This document shows positions 14,070 through 27,899 of a stretch of DNA of 64,000 nt, piece by piece. Position numbers and translations under genes: made by a program. The first letter of the stretch is position 1. Each line of letters begins with the position of its first letter. This DNA is from Gnetum montanum (Eukaryota; Plantae; Gnetophyta). The stretch is taken from assembly GCA_015680685.1 (NCBI GenBank), contig MNCI01000326.1, positions 192,414 through 256,413 on the forward strand. Reading direction: 5' to 3'. Under the pieces are notes generated by a model. The model worked only from the letters and a program-made list of their open reading frames with translations, had not been told where the DNA came from and made no database searches.

Positions 14070-16020
14070 AATATGGCTTCTTCTCACAGGAAAGATTCTT
14101 TACCACCATATGAAGGTCAATCCAATTAGCAAAGGTGTGAAGGATCAAACTCACATGTGCCCTAAAAATGTAGAGTGGTCTATACTCATAATGATGAGTA
14201 TGTTCTAGACTTCACCTTCATCTTGAATCAGGATGGATACCTATGATGGAGGAACATGGAGGGAAACATTGTGTTGTCACCTAAACCATTAGTTCTTGCG
14301 ATGTTGCTCCAAACTCTCATGAAATTGGGTATTGTAGGGATTTATGTTGAGTATGTTGTGTAGGGCCAAGACTATTGGGATTATCATCCCATTGAGGCAT
14401 AATGAGAGAAAGATCAGCAATAGGAGATTTGCTACAAGGAATCAAAGGGGAAATGGTTTACAAACCCTTTGTTCCTACTAGGCTAGAAGGAAGGTGAGAA
14501 TATATTCTATGGGGGTTCTCAAAACACTAATATTTCTCATCTCTTATTTGATGAAGAGGACCCCTAACTAGAGTTTATAGTCCATTGTAAGAAATCATGG
14601 TTTAGGAAAGAACGGATCTCATGACCATGATAGCTTTAAAGGAAGGAGTCAAGGCAGGAACCAGGACAAGCACCATGACAAAGAAAAACATGGTGATCAT
14701 AGTAGTGACCAAAGGAGAGGGAGTATTAAGTACCATTCTTGTGCTATTCCTTATTCCTCTTTTGTGTTTTCATCCTCATCTTCTTCCTCCTCCAACTCCA
14801 ACTAAAGCCGTAGAGGACACGACCATGATGGAGATGATCAGTGAGATAGAGATGATCATAGGACCCATTGGAATAGTAGAGATAAAAGGTGTGGCTAATT
14901 AAGACAGGTCCACCATCATGAAATAAGGGACAATAGAGGGCATCATAGGCATCATGGTCATCCCAATAGCTATGAAATATGATGACCCTTTTCTTGTTAA
15001 AAAAGAAGAAGAAAAACATGCTAAACATTATAGAGGCTATGATGATTTCAATGAGGCATGTAAAAGATAGTAGAATCAAAATATTGGATAAGAAAAATAT
15101 CTCCATGTTTTAAGGGAAGTATAATTATGATTCATAAAATCATCTTCAAGCCTTTCATGATTCCTATGCCTTGCATAATGTTGAAAATTAATGGCAAAAA
15201 TTAAAGCTTTTTCCTAGGACACACATCAAGGAGGCTAAAATTCGGTACTAGTTCTTAGAACTAGAATTAATTAGATGATGGATTATGATGTTTAAACTCT
15301 TTAATGAAAAGTATTAAAAATACTCCCAAGTATCTAATCTGAGGAATTAGATGCAATGGAAAAGACAAAGAACACATGAATCCTTGGATGTAGCCATGGA
15401 TAGATATTACTATCCCATGCACAGATGCCCAAGCCATGGATTTTCTCAATGGGAGCAGCTCTACCATATCATAAATGGGCTCAAAATAGAAACAAAGAGA
15501 ACTCTTGTGGTCTATGCCCAAGGGATACTTTTAGAATTAAGGATCTATCAAATCCAAATGTGATTGAGTAGATGGCCAAAAAAGAAGACAATTTGACAAA
15601 AAGAGAAAGTGTAGAAGAGTACAACCGAGATTCTTTCATCCACAAAAGGGAGGTATAGTTTTGTAATAATAAGGAGGAGGAAGCACTTGATGAAGTGATG
15701 CAATGTAAGATCTTGTTGATACAAAAATATATTTTTGAAATATTAGTTAAGGTAAATATAATATGGGATCCTTTGAATAAATTTGCAAACTACCCTTAGA
15801 ATTGCTAAATAGTCTAAAGAGTAAAGTAGTGGTCATGATCAAAGGGGAATGAAAGAAGTTGAATGTGCCCATCAAAGGGGTAAGGGCAAAGCTGGTGCTA
15901 TTGAAGAGGTTTTGAAATTTGAGAGAGATGATGATAGTAAATGTGACATTTACCACTATGAGAATCCTAAGGGATATTACCCCATTATGTCACATTTGTA
16001 GGAGTCTAGGATGTATGTGT
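14070..16020 (+). pseudogene. gag: Element B gag remnant
   Basis: WQKLKLFPRTHIKEAK...WKRQRTHESLDVAMDRYYYPMHRCPSHGFSQWEQLYHIINGL. Confidence 0.8.
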
Positions 16021-16419
16021 TGAATCCTAGATTGACAATAAGAAAAGCATCTTGAAGGTTTCCTTATCCTCAAGGCAACTACAAGCAATTCCACCAACAA
16101 TAAGCCTACTATGTGAGTGGAACTCCACCCCAATGTCATGAGCTATACTAGTATTGGTAGCACCCATAGCCATGGGGGATGCCACCACTGAGATAGTAGT
16201 ATCCTTACTAGTAACCAAATCCATATGGATACTATGTTTAACAATCAATTTTTCCATGTGAGTTTTTTAGTCATGTCTCATTCTAGCACTACTACTACCA
16301 TCATCCTTTGCTACATCATTCAAGAACCCTTTAAACCAAATACCTCCCAAAGTGCATACTATCATGTTGACCCATGTAGTCACTAATTGGATAATGGCTA
16401 GCCATCTTCCTAGGAAAAG

Positions 16420-19400
16420 ATCTAATCCTAGAACTCCCCTAATTTACTTAGAAATCGATGGAAATGAGCCTTGCAAGGCTCTTCTAGACTTAGTTTCTAG
16501 TATCAATCTGATCTCTCATGAAATGTATAAAGCCTAGAACCTCCCTACTATTAAGAAGAGAAACATTTATCTTGAGTTGGCAAATTAGTCCATCACCATT
16601 CCCTTGGGATTGATGAGGGACATTGTGACCATTGTTTGTGGATGATCCTATTCTACTTACTTTCCAGTGATTTGTATGGGTAATTGCAAGGGGAACATCC
16701 CAATCATCATGAGAAGGGCTTCGCTTAGCATAATAGATGAATGGTTGGAAATTAGAGACTTCTCCTTGAAAATCTTAAAGGAAAATTATTTTGGAAAGAT
16801 TGAGAAGAAACATGTTCCATGCATTTTGTAGAGTGACACAAGGTGCAATTGCATGCAAAAATTATGAACTATGAAAAGTACATCTATCATAGCATGTAGG
16901 TAGTGTGCTGATGTGTTAGAAATACAAAGGTGCCTTTATGTAGTAGACACAAAATAAAAGGACATCAAATGGATAATAGATGAACTTGATAGTAGCTCAA
17001 CTATGGGCATGAAACAAATTGAGAACCTGGCAAGTGCCTACATTGTAGGCATGGATGAGATGGAGTAAATTCATTATCAAATCTCCAATGAATGTAATGA
17101 TAGAAATTGGGAAGAGTTAGAGATCCCTTAATGTTTTAAATAAGATCCCATTGATTTAAAGACTCTATTGGTTAGAATGGAGTATGCTTTTATAAAAAAT
17201 GAAAATTTGATTATTATCAATGACAATCTAGCTCCTACATAGAAAAAGAAGCTACTAGAGGTGGTCAAAAAATGGCCAATAACATTTACTTGATCATATC
17301 CTAAACTCACTAGAATTGATTTTAGGATATGCCAACATCACATCTACATAGATCCTTCCATGAATTGAAAGAGATAGTCGCAGTGGCGGTTGAACCCCAA
17401 ATTGAAGTAGATTTTTAAAGAGGAGATTAAGAAACTCCTCAAAATAAGGTTCATCTATCCCATTGTACATAGTGATTGGATTAGCCCACTTATGATAGTG
17501 CCAAAGAAAGGTGGAAAATGAAAACTCTACATCAATTTTAGGTTATTGAACTTGATAACATACAAAGATCACTTTCTGTTGTCATTTTTGGGCTAGGTAT
17601 TGGATATCATTTTTGGGAATTACTACTACAAATTTCTTGATGGTTATTATGGCTCTAATCAAATTTAGATTACACCAGAAGATTAATAAAAAATAACATT
17701 CATGAGTCCCTTGGATACTTTCACATACACAAAGATGGTGTTTACCCTATGCAATGCCCCTACAACATTCCAATGCCTTGTTTTGAGCATTTACTAAGAA
17801 TGAATTGGGAGGAAGGTGGAAGTATTCATTGATGACTTCTTCACATATGAGGCTTTTTTTGGGAAAGCCCCAAACCATATTTTGCATGTGCTAAAAAGGT
17901 GTGTGAAGATAAACCTTAGGCTCAATTGGAAGAAAAGCCACTTGATGATCTAGGAAGGCATTGTGTTGGGGCACAAAATTTTAGAGAAAGGGATCAAGGT
18001 GGACCCTAGAAAAATAAGGTTCATCCAACGAATTACCAAAAAGGTAGAAATAGCTAAAGATGTGAGGTCATTTCTTAGACATACTAGCTATTATTGATGA
18101 TTCATTAAGAATTTTTATAAGATTACTAAACCATTAGTAGAGTTGACAAGGAAGAATGCTTCATTTATCTAGACCAAGGAATGCGAATGTGCATTTCATC
18201 AACTCAAAGAGAAGCTTGTGGAAACTCCAATCATATGAGCACCTGATCGGTCTAGGACCTTTTACATCATGAAGAATGCATCCAATTATTCCTTAGAGGC
18301 TATGCTCACATAGTTGAATGATCAGAAACATCATTAATATATCCACTATGCAAATAGAAGCACTATGAATGCAGAATTGAACTACATCATAATAGAAAAA
18401 GAATTGATGTTAATTGCATTTGCCTTGCAGAAAATTGAGAACTATGTGCTTGGGTACAATGTGTTTGTACACACAAATCATAGTGCAATCTGGTTCTAGA
18501 TGAATAAACCAATGGTGAACCCCCATGTCATATGATGACTAGTGATCTTGTAGGAATTTGATCTTACAATGGTAGATCAAAAGAAAATCAAGAATGTGGT
18601 TGTTGACCACTTATCTTGATTAAGATGGAACAGCAAAGAGGAGTAGAGCCTACTTTTAGATCACTTTTCTAATAGACTTCTCTTTGCAAGGGCTATGACT
18701 AAATAAATGTCCACTAAACCCAACTAGTACAACGGAATTCTTACCTATATTCTTACTTAGAAAATGCCATAGGAGTGGGATCATAGGAAGAAACAATACT
18801 TTCTTCACTAAGAAAATCATTTCAAGGAAATCAATGGATAGCTTTACAAGGTGTGCATGGATGGCCTAGTTCAGTGGTATTTTCTTGATGCTAATCAACT
18901 ACATGTTCTCCAAGATGCTCATGAGGATCCTTGTGGTGTCCACTATGATGGAAGATGCATGACCATTAAGATCCTTATAATATGGTATTACTGGATAAAA
19001 CGTTTTAGGGATTCTCACCACTTCATTAGGTCCTATGAATGCTATGAACATGATGGTGAAATTACCACTCATATGGAGGAACCTTAGTAGTGAATCTAAT
19101 CACTAGAGCCCTTCAGAATTTGGGGCATTAACTTCATGGATCCCATTATACCCACATCGAATGGGAAGGCATACATCATAGTTAATGTTAACTACTGTAT
19201 GAAATGGGTGAATGTTGTAGCTATCACTAATTTCACATCTTCTACAGATACTTGGTTTATACAAGAATATGTGTTAAATAGGTTTGGAATGCCAGGTGCA
19301 CTTATTTGTGATAACGGTACTCGTTTTATAGGCACTACCTTTTAGAAGCTCATGCAACGCTTCGAGGTTGAGCATAACTAAATAATACCCTATCATCCTT

Positions 19401-19970
19401 AAGAAAATAGTTAAATAAAGTTTAAAAATAGGAAGCTCATAAAAATACTAACCTAAACCATTAGTAAATATAGGATGGATTAGAGCATGAAACCCAATGA
19501 TGCCCTTTAGACCTATCACTTGACTTGGAAACTTCCTCTTGGCTACTATCTCTATGAGCTCGTGGATGGAAAGTTACTAATACTTCCAATCCAAATAGAA
19601 CTTTGTACACTATTAACAAGATGTGACCTTGACCTTAACCTAAGTCTAGCACAAAAAGAAAGATTGACGAACCTCAACTTATTAGACAAGAATCAATTAG
19701 TAGCCTTGTTGACTAACAAGTTACACAAGGCATTCAACAAGCAATGTCATGATCTTAGAATTAGGAAAGTAAAATTTTATTAAAGAAATTTGGTTCTATA
19801 CTAGAATCCTAGACACATGGCACAAAGAACCAAGTTTTAAACATTGTGGGAGGAGCCTTATATTATCAATGAAACCTTTCCTTTTCGGGCCATGTTGATA
19901 TAGAAACCTGAAGGCCCAAACAAGAAACTGCTAGCCAACATATAATAAATAAAACCTTTCTATGAGCCTA
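16420..19970 (+). pseudogene. pol: Element B pol remnant (protease-RT-RNase H-integrase)
   Basis: Protease ALLDLVSSINLI; RT WISPLMIVPKKGG, FLDGYYGSNQI, CNAPTTFQ, VFIDDF; RNase H NYIIIEKEL, NVVVDHLS; integrase HEDPCGVH, WGINFMDP, RFGMPGALICDNGTRF. Many stops. Confidence 0.92.
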
Positions 19971-22039
19971 AGAGAGCTAGTAACCAAAACACCTCAATAG
20001 ATGGACACACATGCTTATGTTTTTGAATCTCCTTATTATAACTTAGTCATGGTAGAGATGGACATCCATGCTGATTAATCAAAGTGCCTCCTCATTTTTT
20101 TTTCATTTTTTCTAGTTTTCACTTCTTTTTGTTTTACACCATTTTTAGTACATTTTCTCTTTCTTAAATATTTTATACTTTCTTCTATATTTTACTTTAT
20201 TTAGTTTGGGTTTCTTTTATGTTTTTCCTATGTTTTTTTTCTTTATTTCTACCAAGACTAAAGTGCAACTTTAGCTATTGTTTGATGGTGGTTTGTACTA
20301 TAATGTTTTTCGATTACTAATATCTAGACTCTATCTTTGAATTTTGGTGCGGATAGCTAAGACATGGTTTCTTTTTTATGATAAAAAATAGTGAGTCCAT
20401 GTCATCCACCCATCCACAAAAATCTATGGTGTTTCCTTGTTTTGGAAACATGCATTCCTTTCTTAAATGAAACTTATAATGAACTTATGACCTTATGAAT
20501 TTTAAAACTTGGAAAGGATTAAATTGATAGAGAAGGGTATGACTTCAAGGGGATTTGATGTTCTTCGTACTTTCCTACCCTCTTGCATGCATGAGTGTTC
20601 TCATGGATTTTTNATACTTTCCTACCCTCTTGCATGCATGAGTGTTCTCATGGATTTTTCATCATTCCACTATCAACCAATAATACAAAGCTAAAGTCTT
20701 TGCATGATGTGCTTTCCATTCCAAAAATCAAAAAAATAATAATGGTAATTCAAAGCACACACGTTAGAAGGAATAATGGGCTACAAGAACTAATTATGAA
20801 ACTATAAAGAAATGGTACCCATGCCTAAACATTGACTATAACTAAGGGCCATCTTACTTCTTTCTTCTCTTTTAGGAATGGTGATTGATTTGGGGGGATA
20901 TTTTTGTGTCTAGAGGGGATGGACTAATCTTAGAGTGTTAATGTAAAGTCATTGAAAGTGGTTTCTTTAATTTAGACCAAGGATGGATGTTATCAAGTCA
21001 TATTAATTACAAAATCCACAAGGAATTTCATGTGAGCATTATACGAGACTTCATTCCACTCTCCACCTCATCCATCTCTACCTTTCATACCTAACCTCAC
21101 TGATTCTTTTCATGTTTTTCTAATGTCTCAGTTTGATGTGTCAATGTTTCTAGTTAGTTTCTTTGGTAATTTAGTCCTTAAGTAACCATGACCATTAATT
21201 ATCCATGGAGTTCACAAACTCCTTGGTTTAAGTGCATGCAAGGGCATGAAGGGCATAAGCCTACTATGGGAAGGACCCACTTGCATGATCTTTGGTTTAG
21301 TTAATTTCCTTATCCCTTAGGCTTTTTTGCATTCAAATCTTTCATGCTATACATCGATTATGTTCAATTGTGTGCCCCTTCATGGAATTTCTACATCATT
21401 CTCCCAATAAAATCTCCTTTTTTATGCATTATCTAGCCCTCTTCATGCATCTCATTGTGCTCTTGGCTTCTTAGGCTTCCTTTGAACTCCAATTTCATGG
21501 AAGAAACCTTTGTTTTTCCCTTCATTTTTCAAGTTGCAAAATTTTGTTGAACAACTACGTTGACAAGATCCTATCGACATAATCCTGTCGACACATGGAA
21601 AAAATTGTAACTATACCATCCAACACTTAGCAAATGTTTGCCATTTGACACAAAAGAAAGAGAAGTTCTTGTAAAACTTTAGAGCCCAAAATCTTTCAAA
21701 ACCCCTAACTTTCACACTGTTTGTTTGATTACCCTTGTTCTTTAGTCTTACAACTACTAGAGGTGAGCTCTACATCATGTGGACCACAAACCTTAGGTTT
21801 TGAATTTTTTCTAACTCCCACAAGGTTTAGTTAATAATAAAATATTAAAATCACTAATTTATGAGAGTTAAACCTTTCTAATGAACTTTGGTAGACATTA
21901 AAATGTAATAGTAATAAAATAATAGTAAACTAATCAATCTACCATGGCCATAACTTAGCCAATTGTAACTGCCTAAAGAGACAAGGTACCTAAATGTTAT
22001 ATGTTACACATCACATGCTAATCCTTGATTATGTTGTGA

Positions 22040-25000
22040 TCACATGTGGCACCTAAAGGAAATCATGAACTATAGGTGGGACCATCTCAATTGAGGGACA
22101 AGAAACCTAGAACCACAAGGGATCAATAGCTAAAATAACCCTAGGAGAAAGTGGCCTAGACCCATGTAATGGAACGTCATTGGAAAGAGCCCAAAGTGGA
22201 ATTTTTATGATAGATTTCAAAAGCTACAATAGATTAATCCCACTAAGATGAGACACCAGGACTAAGGACAAACCTTGAGGTTACTTTGACAGTGGCCTAC
22301 CTAGGGCAAAACGTGTCCAAGAAGGTGCAAAAATATATCCTTCAAGAGTTGAACTTTGGAACCTTCTTGAAGTTTTCTCTACTAGATGTTAAAACTCAAC
22401 TTTAGAACTCTCACATGTCATCTATAATCACTTCTAGTGGGTAGTGGTACAAGGGAGACACATATCTTTCTAATGTAATAGGTAGTGTAATGCCATAGCG
22501 AATATCAAGGACATTGCTATGTCCTACCCCATGGAGGCCATCTCTTAGAGCCTTGGGTTGCCTGAAAGTAGGAAATCCTTGGTGAAAATTCCAATGTAGG
22601 AAAATATATGTATGAAAAATGAATGGATCTAGTGATGATATGGAGTTGACCACAAGGAGCTGTGCTTGCAATGCTAGAATAACCATACTTTAAGATTATA
22701 GCCTTTTACCTTAATTTAATCATGAGGCCAAGCAAGGTGATAACCTTTTGTACTTGTGCATGCACCACTCTAAGTGAGGAATTCCCAATAAACATTCTAT
22801 AGCTGATCTTTCTTGAGATAGAGAAGCACTTCAAGGAGAATGAATGTGGAAAAAAGGTAATTTCCTTTCCATGCTTAATTAGAAAATTATGAAAAAGGGG
22901 AGAAATAGTCCACTATTCAAATAATGTTCATTGTCATGCTCCTGTCACTTTGTAGGTAGAGATGATGAAAGATAAAGTGCCTACTAAACTAGTTTAAGAA
23001 GAGGAGCAACAACCACCACTACCACCCACTCAAGAAACAACAATGGAATTCCACATTACCATTGAGTGCATGCACAAACATGGCTAAGTACTACATACAA
23101 GATGACTAAAAGGATTCCATTAATAGTTCTTCACACCATGTTCCACTTAGACTCTTAACATACCCTCACTAAAATAGAAAAGTATCACTGAATTCTCACT
23201 AATGTGTTGATGAGAGGAAAGGAAATAGATAGGAAAGGGAGTTAGAGGAAAAATAAGGAATATAAAATAGAAAATATGACATATAGAATTATGAAAAAAA
23301 AAAACACAAACTAGGGAAAGAAATGAGGAACATCACCTATACATCAAGTTGAGGTGTTATATCGAAAAAGTGAGACATGGCTAGATCACATAGTTTAACG
23401 ATGTTGATAACTTGATATAATTCTCTCCCTATCCTACTCAACCTAAACACATCCTTACATGAAGTAGAAATGGTAGACCAATCATGGCTCTCTACACAAG
23501 GGATATCACTTATAAACATCTACACCATGGTTTGCTAATAGGAAGAAATATTAGTAAAATGGGATAGGAAGAAAGTGGAAAAATAGATGAAACTATATAG
23601 GAGATGTATAGAAGAATAGTGGAAGAAAAACATAGAGAAGAGAGCATATGTCTATCTATAATAAAAATTAAGAAAGGAAGAGAATTTAATGTAATGGAAT
23701 AAACCATAGGTGAGATAGGAGGTAAGGGTTTGAATAAACTTAATGAAGATTAACTTTGTTTTGCTTCAAATATAGTACTTTTGAGATATGCTTAATTTAT
23801 AGGATTTGGATATTGATTCTCATCTAAGTCTATAAGGTAATATTCTCTATTATCAATATTATTATGGTGATGAAGAATCCTTACTAGTTGAAAGAGAACT
23901 TGAATGTCTTGGCATTTGAAAAATATTGTAGGACAAGATCAACTTCCTTAATCTCCATCAGTCAAACATGCTTATCATGGCTATAACATATGGCTTCTTG
24001 ATGATTTTAAATATTAATCTCTACTTGCTTGCAATTTTCCATATGGATGTAGTTGCCTACATCCTTAAATCCTAGTGCTCAAGAGGTAATAGTGTCAATT
24101 CTAGAATAGTAGCAGTTCCCAATAATCTTTGGAAATGCTACTACCATTTGGTGTGGCTGGAGGAGGGTGATGGGACAACTATCTTTGTGATGTAGCACTA
24201 AGGGTAAGAAATGATAGTTGAGGTGGTGGAATATTGAGTGGGTGAAGCCTTAAATGTTCGTGTAGCATCTATGCCTAATATTGCTACACTCAAAGATGTG
24301 TAGACTTCTAGAGGAGCAGTAAGTGGGAGGTTTAATGTAGCATAACACAAGGAGTTGCTGGAATAATTGGTGTGAAATTGACAACTAATTCTAGAGGTCT
24401 TTGACCTTTCAAATGACATCATTACTACCCTATCAATGCTATTGGAGGCAAGGGGAAAGTGCATCATAGTAGAGGTTCAACTTGAAAGAGCCAGAGATGA
24501 GAACCAGTCCTTAGCTATGGAAGTTGTAAAACTTAGAACCTACCCTGCTAATCCCATGGTACTTAGCCAAGCAGTGACTAGGGATGAAGTTGTTCAATAG
24601 CTATAGTCCAAAGTTCAAGAGGTTGAGTAAGAAAAGGAGTTAATGATCTTTGACCAGTTCTTAGTTGATGCCATCATCTATAACATTCAAAAGGAATTTT
24701 TGGAGCTTCATAAGGAGAATGCAAATTTGACTAAGGAAAATCATCATGTGCATACTATCAAGCCCAAAAAGGAGAAAATGGTTGAATATATGAGAGAGTA
24801 GTAGGAGCAACTTACCAAGGTGAAAATGGACCTAAGGAGGTTGGTAGCAAAGAATCATAATCTCTCAAAGGAAAAGGTTCATGACCTTCACCAAAGGTCT
24901 ATATTTGAAATCACTACCTAAAAGAATTAGGCTCTTAAATTCAAAAGGACTAAAAACCATTATAGGAACCAGGTCAACTTGTAGAAGGAGATTAATGAAA

Positions 25001-25720
25001 AAGAAATCAAACTAGTAAAGGAAAAGGTGAATGAGGCTCTTTAGTAGCTTCAACAAAGAGGGGATGTGTGGCAACCTATATTTGATGGGTTGAACATGTA
25101 GAATAAGGTAGAAATCCATCTCAAGAAGCTGTAGATTAAGGAGATGACCAAATACATGGAGGTTGCCAACCTCCACTATGCAAACTTGGCAATGTTGACT
25201 ACGAGAAGGTCAATTTTATATTCAAAAAAGTAGGTGGCCAACTCATACCTATTGTACAAGGCCAAGTTCAAGAACCATAAGGAGATAAAGCAAAACTTGA
25301 AATTGAAAATGCTAAAGTCAATGTTCTCAAGCAACACTTCATTGATTAGAGATCCATAGCTAAGAACCTAACCTAGTGGATGAATGAATACTAGGAGTTA
25401 TAAAATGCTATCAAGGCATTTGATGTTAAATGGAAGAAATTCCTAGCCTGATTCATCAATGTGAAGGAGTTATTGCTTGCAATGCCCTATTAGTGGGATA
25501 TTTCCATACTAGCCCACATTGGTGATGCCATGTGGACCATGTATAATCCCAAGAGTAAGGAGGAGAAGACAAAAGCATTACTAGATATTTTCTATCTTCC
25601 ACCAGTAGTCATAACTATAGCTGAAAAACCATGAAATAGCCTCAACCATAATAATCAAATGCACTAGAGTAATAAGAAGGTCCTTTGGCACCTTAAGAAC
25701 CTCCACCACCTAGGACAATT
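22040..25720 (+). pseudogene. Element B 3' accessory ORF remnant (Athila extra-ORF-like, coiled-coil C-terminal part)
   Basis: Decayed coding-like stretches between INT and the 3' LTR: VVVQGRHISF...MEAIS*SLGLPES at ~22440-22570 and E/K/L-rich VEVQLERARDENQSLAMEVVKL... at 24470-25450. Confidence 0.5.
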
Positions 25721-26182
25721 TGATTTTCTTCCTCATCTTCAAGCTACTAGAGGATTTGTGCTATTAGTTTTGTTATGGTATTCAATTTTTTTGTCATGAA
25801 CACCAAATTTTATAAAATTTGTTGATCCATATACTTGGGACACTTAGCATCTATGTGTTTTTTTTTTGCATTAGTGTGAATATTAATAATCCCATACCTT
25901 CCTAGAATTTTTTAAAGAACATGTTCCTCCTTTTCTTTACTTAAGTATGAGTTTTCATTCAATTGTGGGGGTAGGATGAGTTGTATATTGGCCACATCAA
26001 TCAGATCATATCAATAGGATCCTATTAGCATAGGGTTTACTAAATCAATGGGTACCCATCAACGAAGAATTTTATCTTGCCTATAAATGTGCATGCATTC
26101 ATTGCATTTACGACATCCATTCATTAGTAGCATAGTAAAGCTCTTGCAGTTTGTTCTTTTGAGAGTTAGAATATTTTCTAAG

Positions 26183-27115
26183 TGATGAGTGGCAAGGAAG
26201 CCCTACACTCAACCATACGAATACTAGTGTTTCATACAAGATTTGGTTGAACTTATCAGATGGACTAGTTTTGGTATCTAGACAATTACTTGTAGATCAC
26301 AGTTCCTTGTCTTTCCTCCTGGACTAGTATTAGCTTGTCATATATGGTTTAGTCCAGAGTGAGGTGTATGGTGTGTTCCTATACTAATGCTACTCCTAGG
26401 GCTAATGGAAAATAATATCAACTAAACTAGGAGAGAGAGAGAGAGAATATAAGCTAGCCTAAGTGCGATAAGCATCCATTCCTTAATCATCCATTCACAT
26501 CTTGGACCTCATGCATGACTACCACTGGGATTACCAAGCACATGGCCTAGGTATGCTACTGGGTTACCAAGTAGTCACACTTAAATGCTTGTGATCAAGT
26601 CGTACTCATTCCGCATTTAATAGGAGTTTAGGATAAAGAGATGTTAACTACGAGAGCAATAAATAACAATAAAAATTAAATAATTAAACTAAGTCAATGC
26701 TGCAATGATGAAGTAATCTCCATCTTTATTTCTAGTCATGTGCATGTCCAAGTATGTCACACTTGAATAAAGGATGTCGTACAATTACAATCATCACACT
26801 GTGGGCATACACTAAGAAATAATTCTAACTCTAAGAAGGAAAAACTACAAGCGTTTGGATAAGGGACTAAGAACTAATGCCAAAAACAAGTGTGCTGCCT
26901 TTTATTTATAGGCTCACATGGGAACCATGATATTGCATACGTGGTATCACATGCAGGCCACGATATCGTGGCTACGATATCTCTAATAACAGGGGTCTGA
27001 TATCGGGACCTATCAAACTTGGTATCTTGTATTAGGGTTTCGATAACACGGGCCTAATAATAGGGGTTCGATAATAGTGGTCCAATAATAGGACCTAATA
27101 GACCATAACTCATCA
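26183..27115 (-). mobile_element. Solo LTR C (Athila family) inserted in B's 3' LTR
   Basis: TGATGAGT...ACTCATCA termini; exact 5-bp TSD CTAAG at 26178-26182 and 27116-27120. Similar to A/B LTRs in reverse orientation, and the B LTR resumes colinearly afterwards. Confidence 0.92.
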
Positions 27116-27899
27116 CTAAGTGTCCATAATAGGAGCAAGCACTATATGGATCTTTATTAGAGCACTGATGTACTTGAGTACCTTAGTGTAAATGATAATA
27201 AAGACAAGCTTTCTTCATAATCTTTGCAACACTAGGACCTAGCGTAATGTTTACTAAATGAATTAATTATTCATTTAATTCACTTTAATGCATTCAATTA
27301 TTTAGTTAACTTTGATTAATTAATACACATAACTATAACCCTCTCGAGTATACAATTAACACTTTGTAATCCCATTAGCACTTAACACTTGGTAACCTAA
27401 TAGCATTGTAACATGTTTAGGATGTGTACAAAAAATGGGAATAGATGCTTATGTTAGGATTAGCTAAGAATTAGTTCATGAGTAGATTAATTAAAAATTT
27501 AATTACTTAATTTTTAGCACTTAGGAGAATTAAATGAAAAGCATAAAAGTGATAAAAATCATATGCCTCAGTTACACTTAACCATACCTTTGAAATTCAC
27601 AAGTGAAATTGAGAAGAAAATGATCACATTCATTAGATTCATTATGTAGACCCAGTGTGCTTAGATAGCTAAAGTCTATAGAATTCAATTGGATCACTTA
27701 GTGAATGCTAGTGATTTGTATGGTTGGGCATAGGGATTACTTGTTACTCATCACCATTGCTCATCAGAAATAACATTTTAGTCTTTCTTTTAATGGATAT
27801 CATATAATCAACTTATCAATAATTAAGTTGGAAAATTAGGATTGAATAGAGTATATAATAAATTATGTATGAATTACAAGATAGGAAGATGATGACATA

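Larger units (their letters stand above)
13054..27753 (+). mobile_element. Athila-type Ty3/gypsy element B (full-length, decayed)
   Basis: 5' LTR 13054-13924, PBS TGGTGATATTTTCAAGGA at 13926, gag-PR-RT-RH-INT, a 3' extra ORF, PPT TGTGGGGGTA before 25974, and 3' LTR 25974-27753 split by solo LTR C. Confidence 0.9.
5434..27766 (+). mobile_element. Athila-type Ty3/gypsy element A (gag-only, non-autonomous); 3' LTR interrupted by element B
   Basis: 5' LTR 5434-6449 (TGATG...CTCATCA), PBS at 6451, polypurine tract CATGGGGGTA before 12004, 3' LTR 12004-13053 plus 27754-27766. Confidence 0.8.

Noticed and set aside
20568-20659. Exact ~45 bp tandem duplication
   Set aside because: The two identical copies flank a single N, and the homologous region of element D has one copy; most likely a contig-join artifact.
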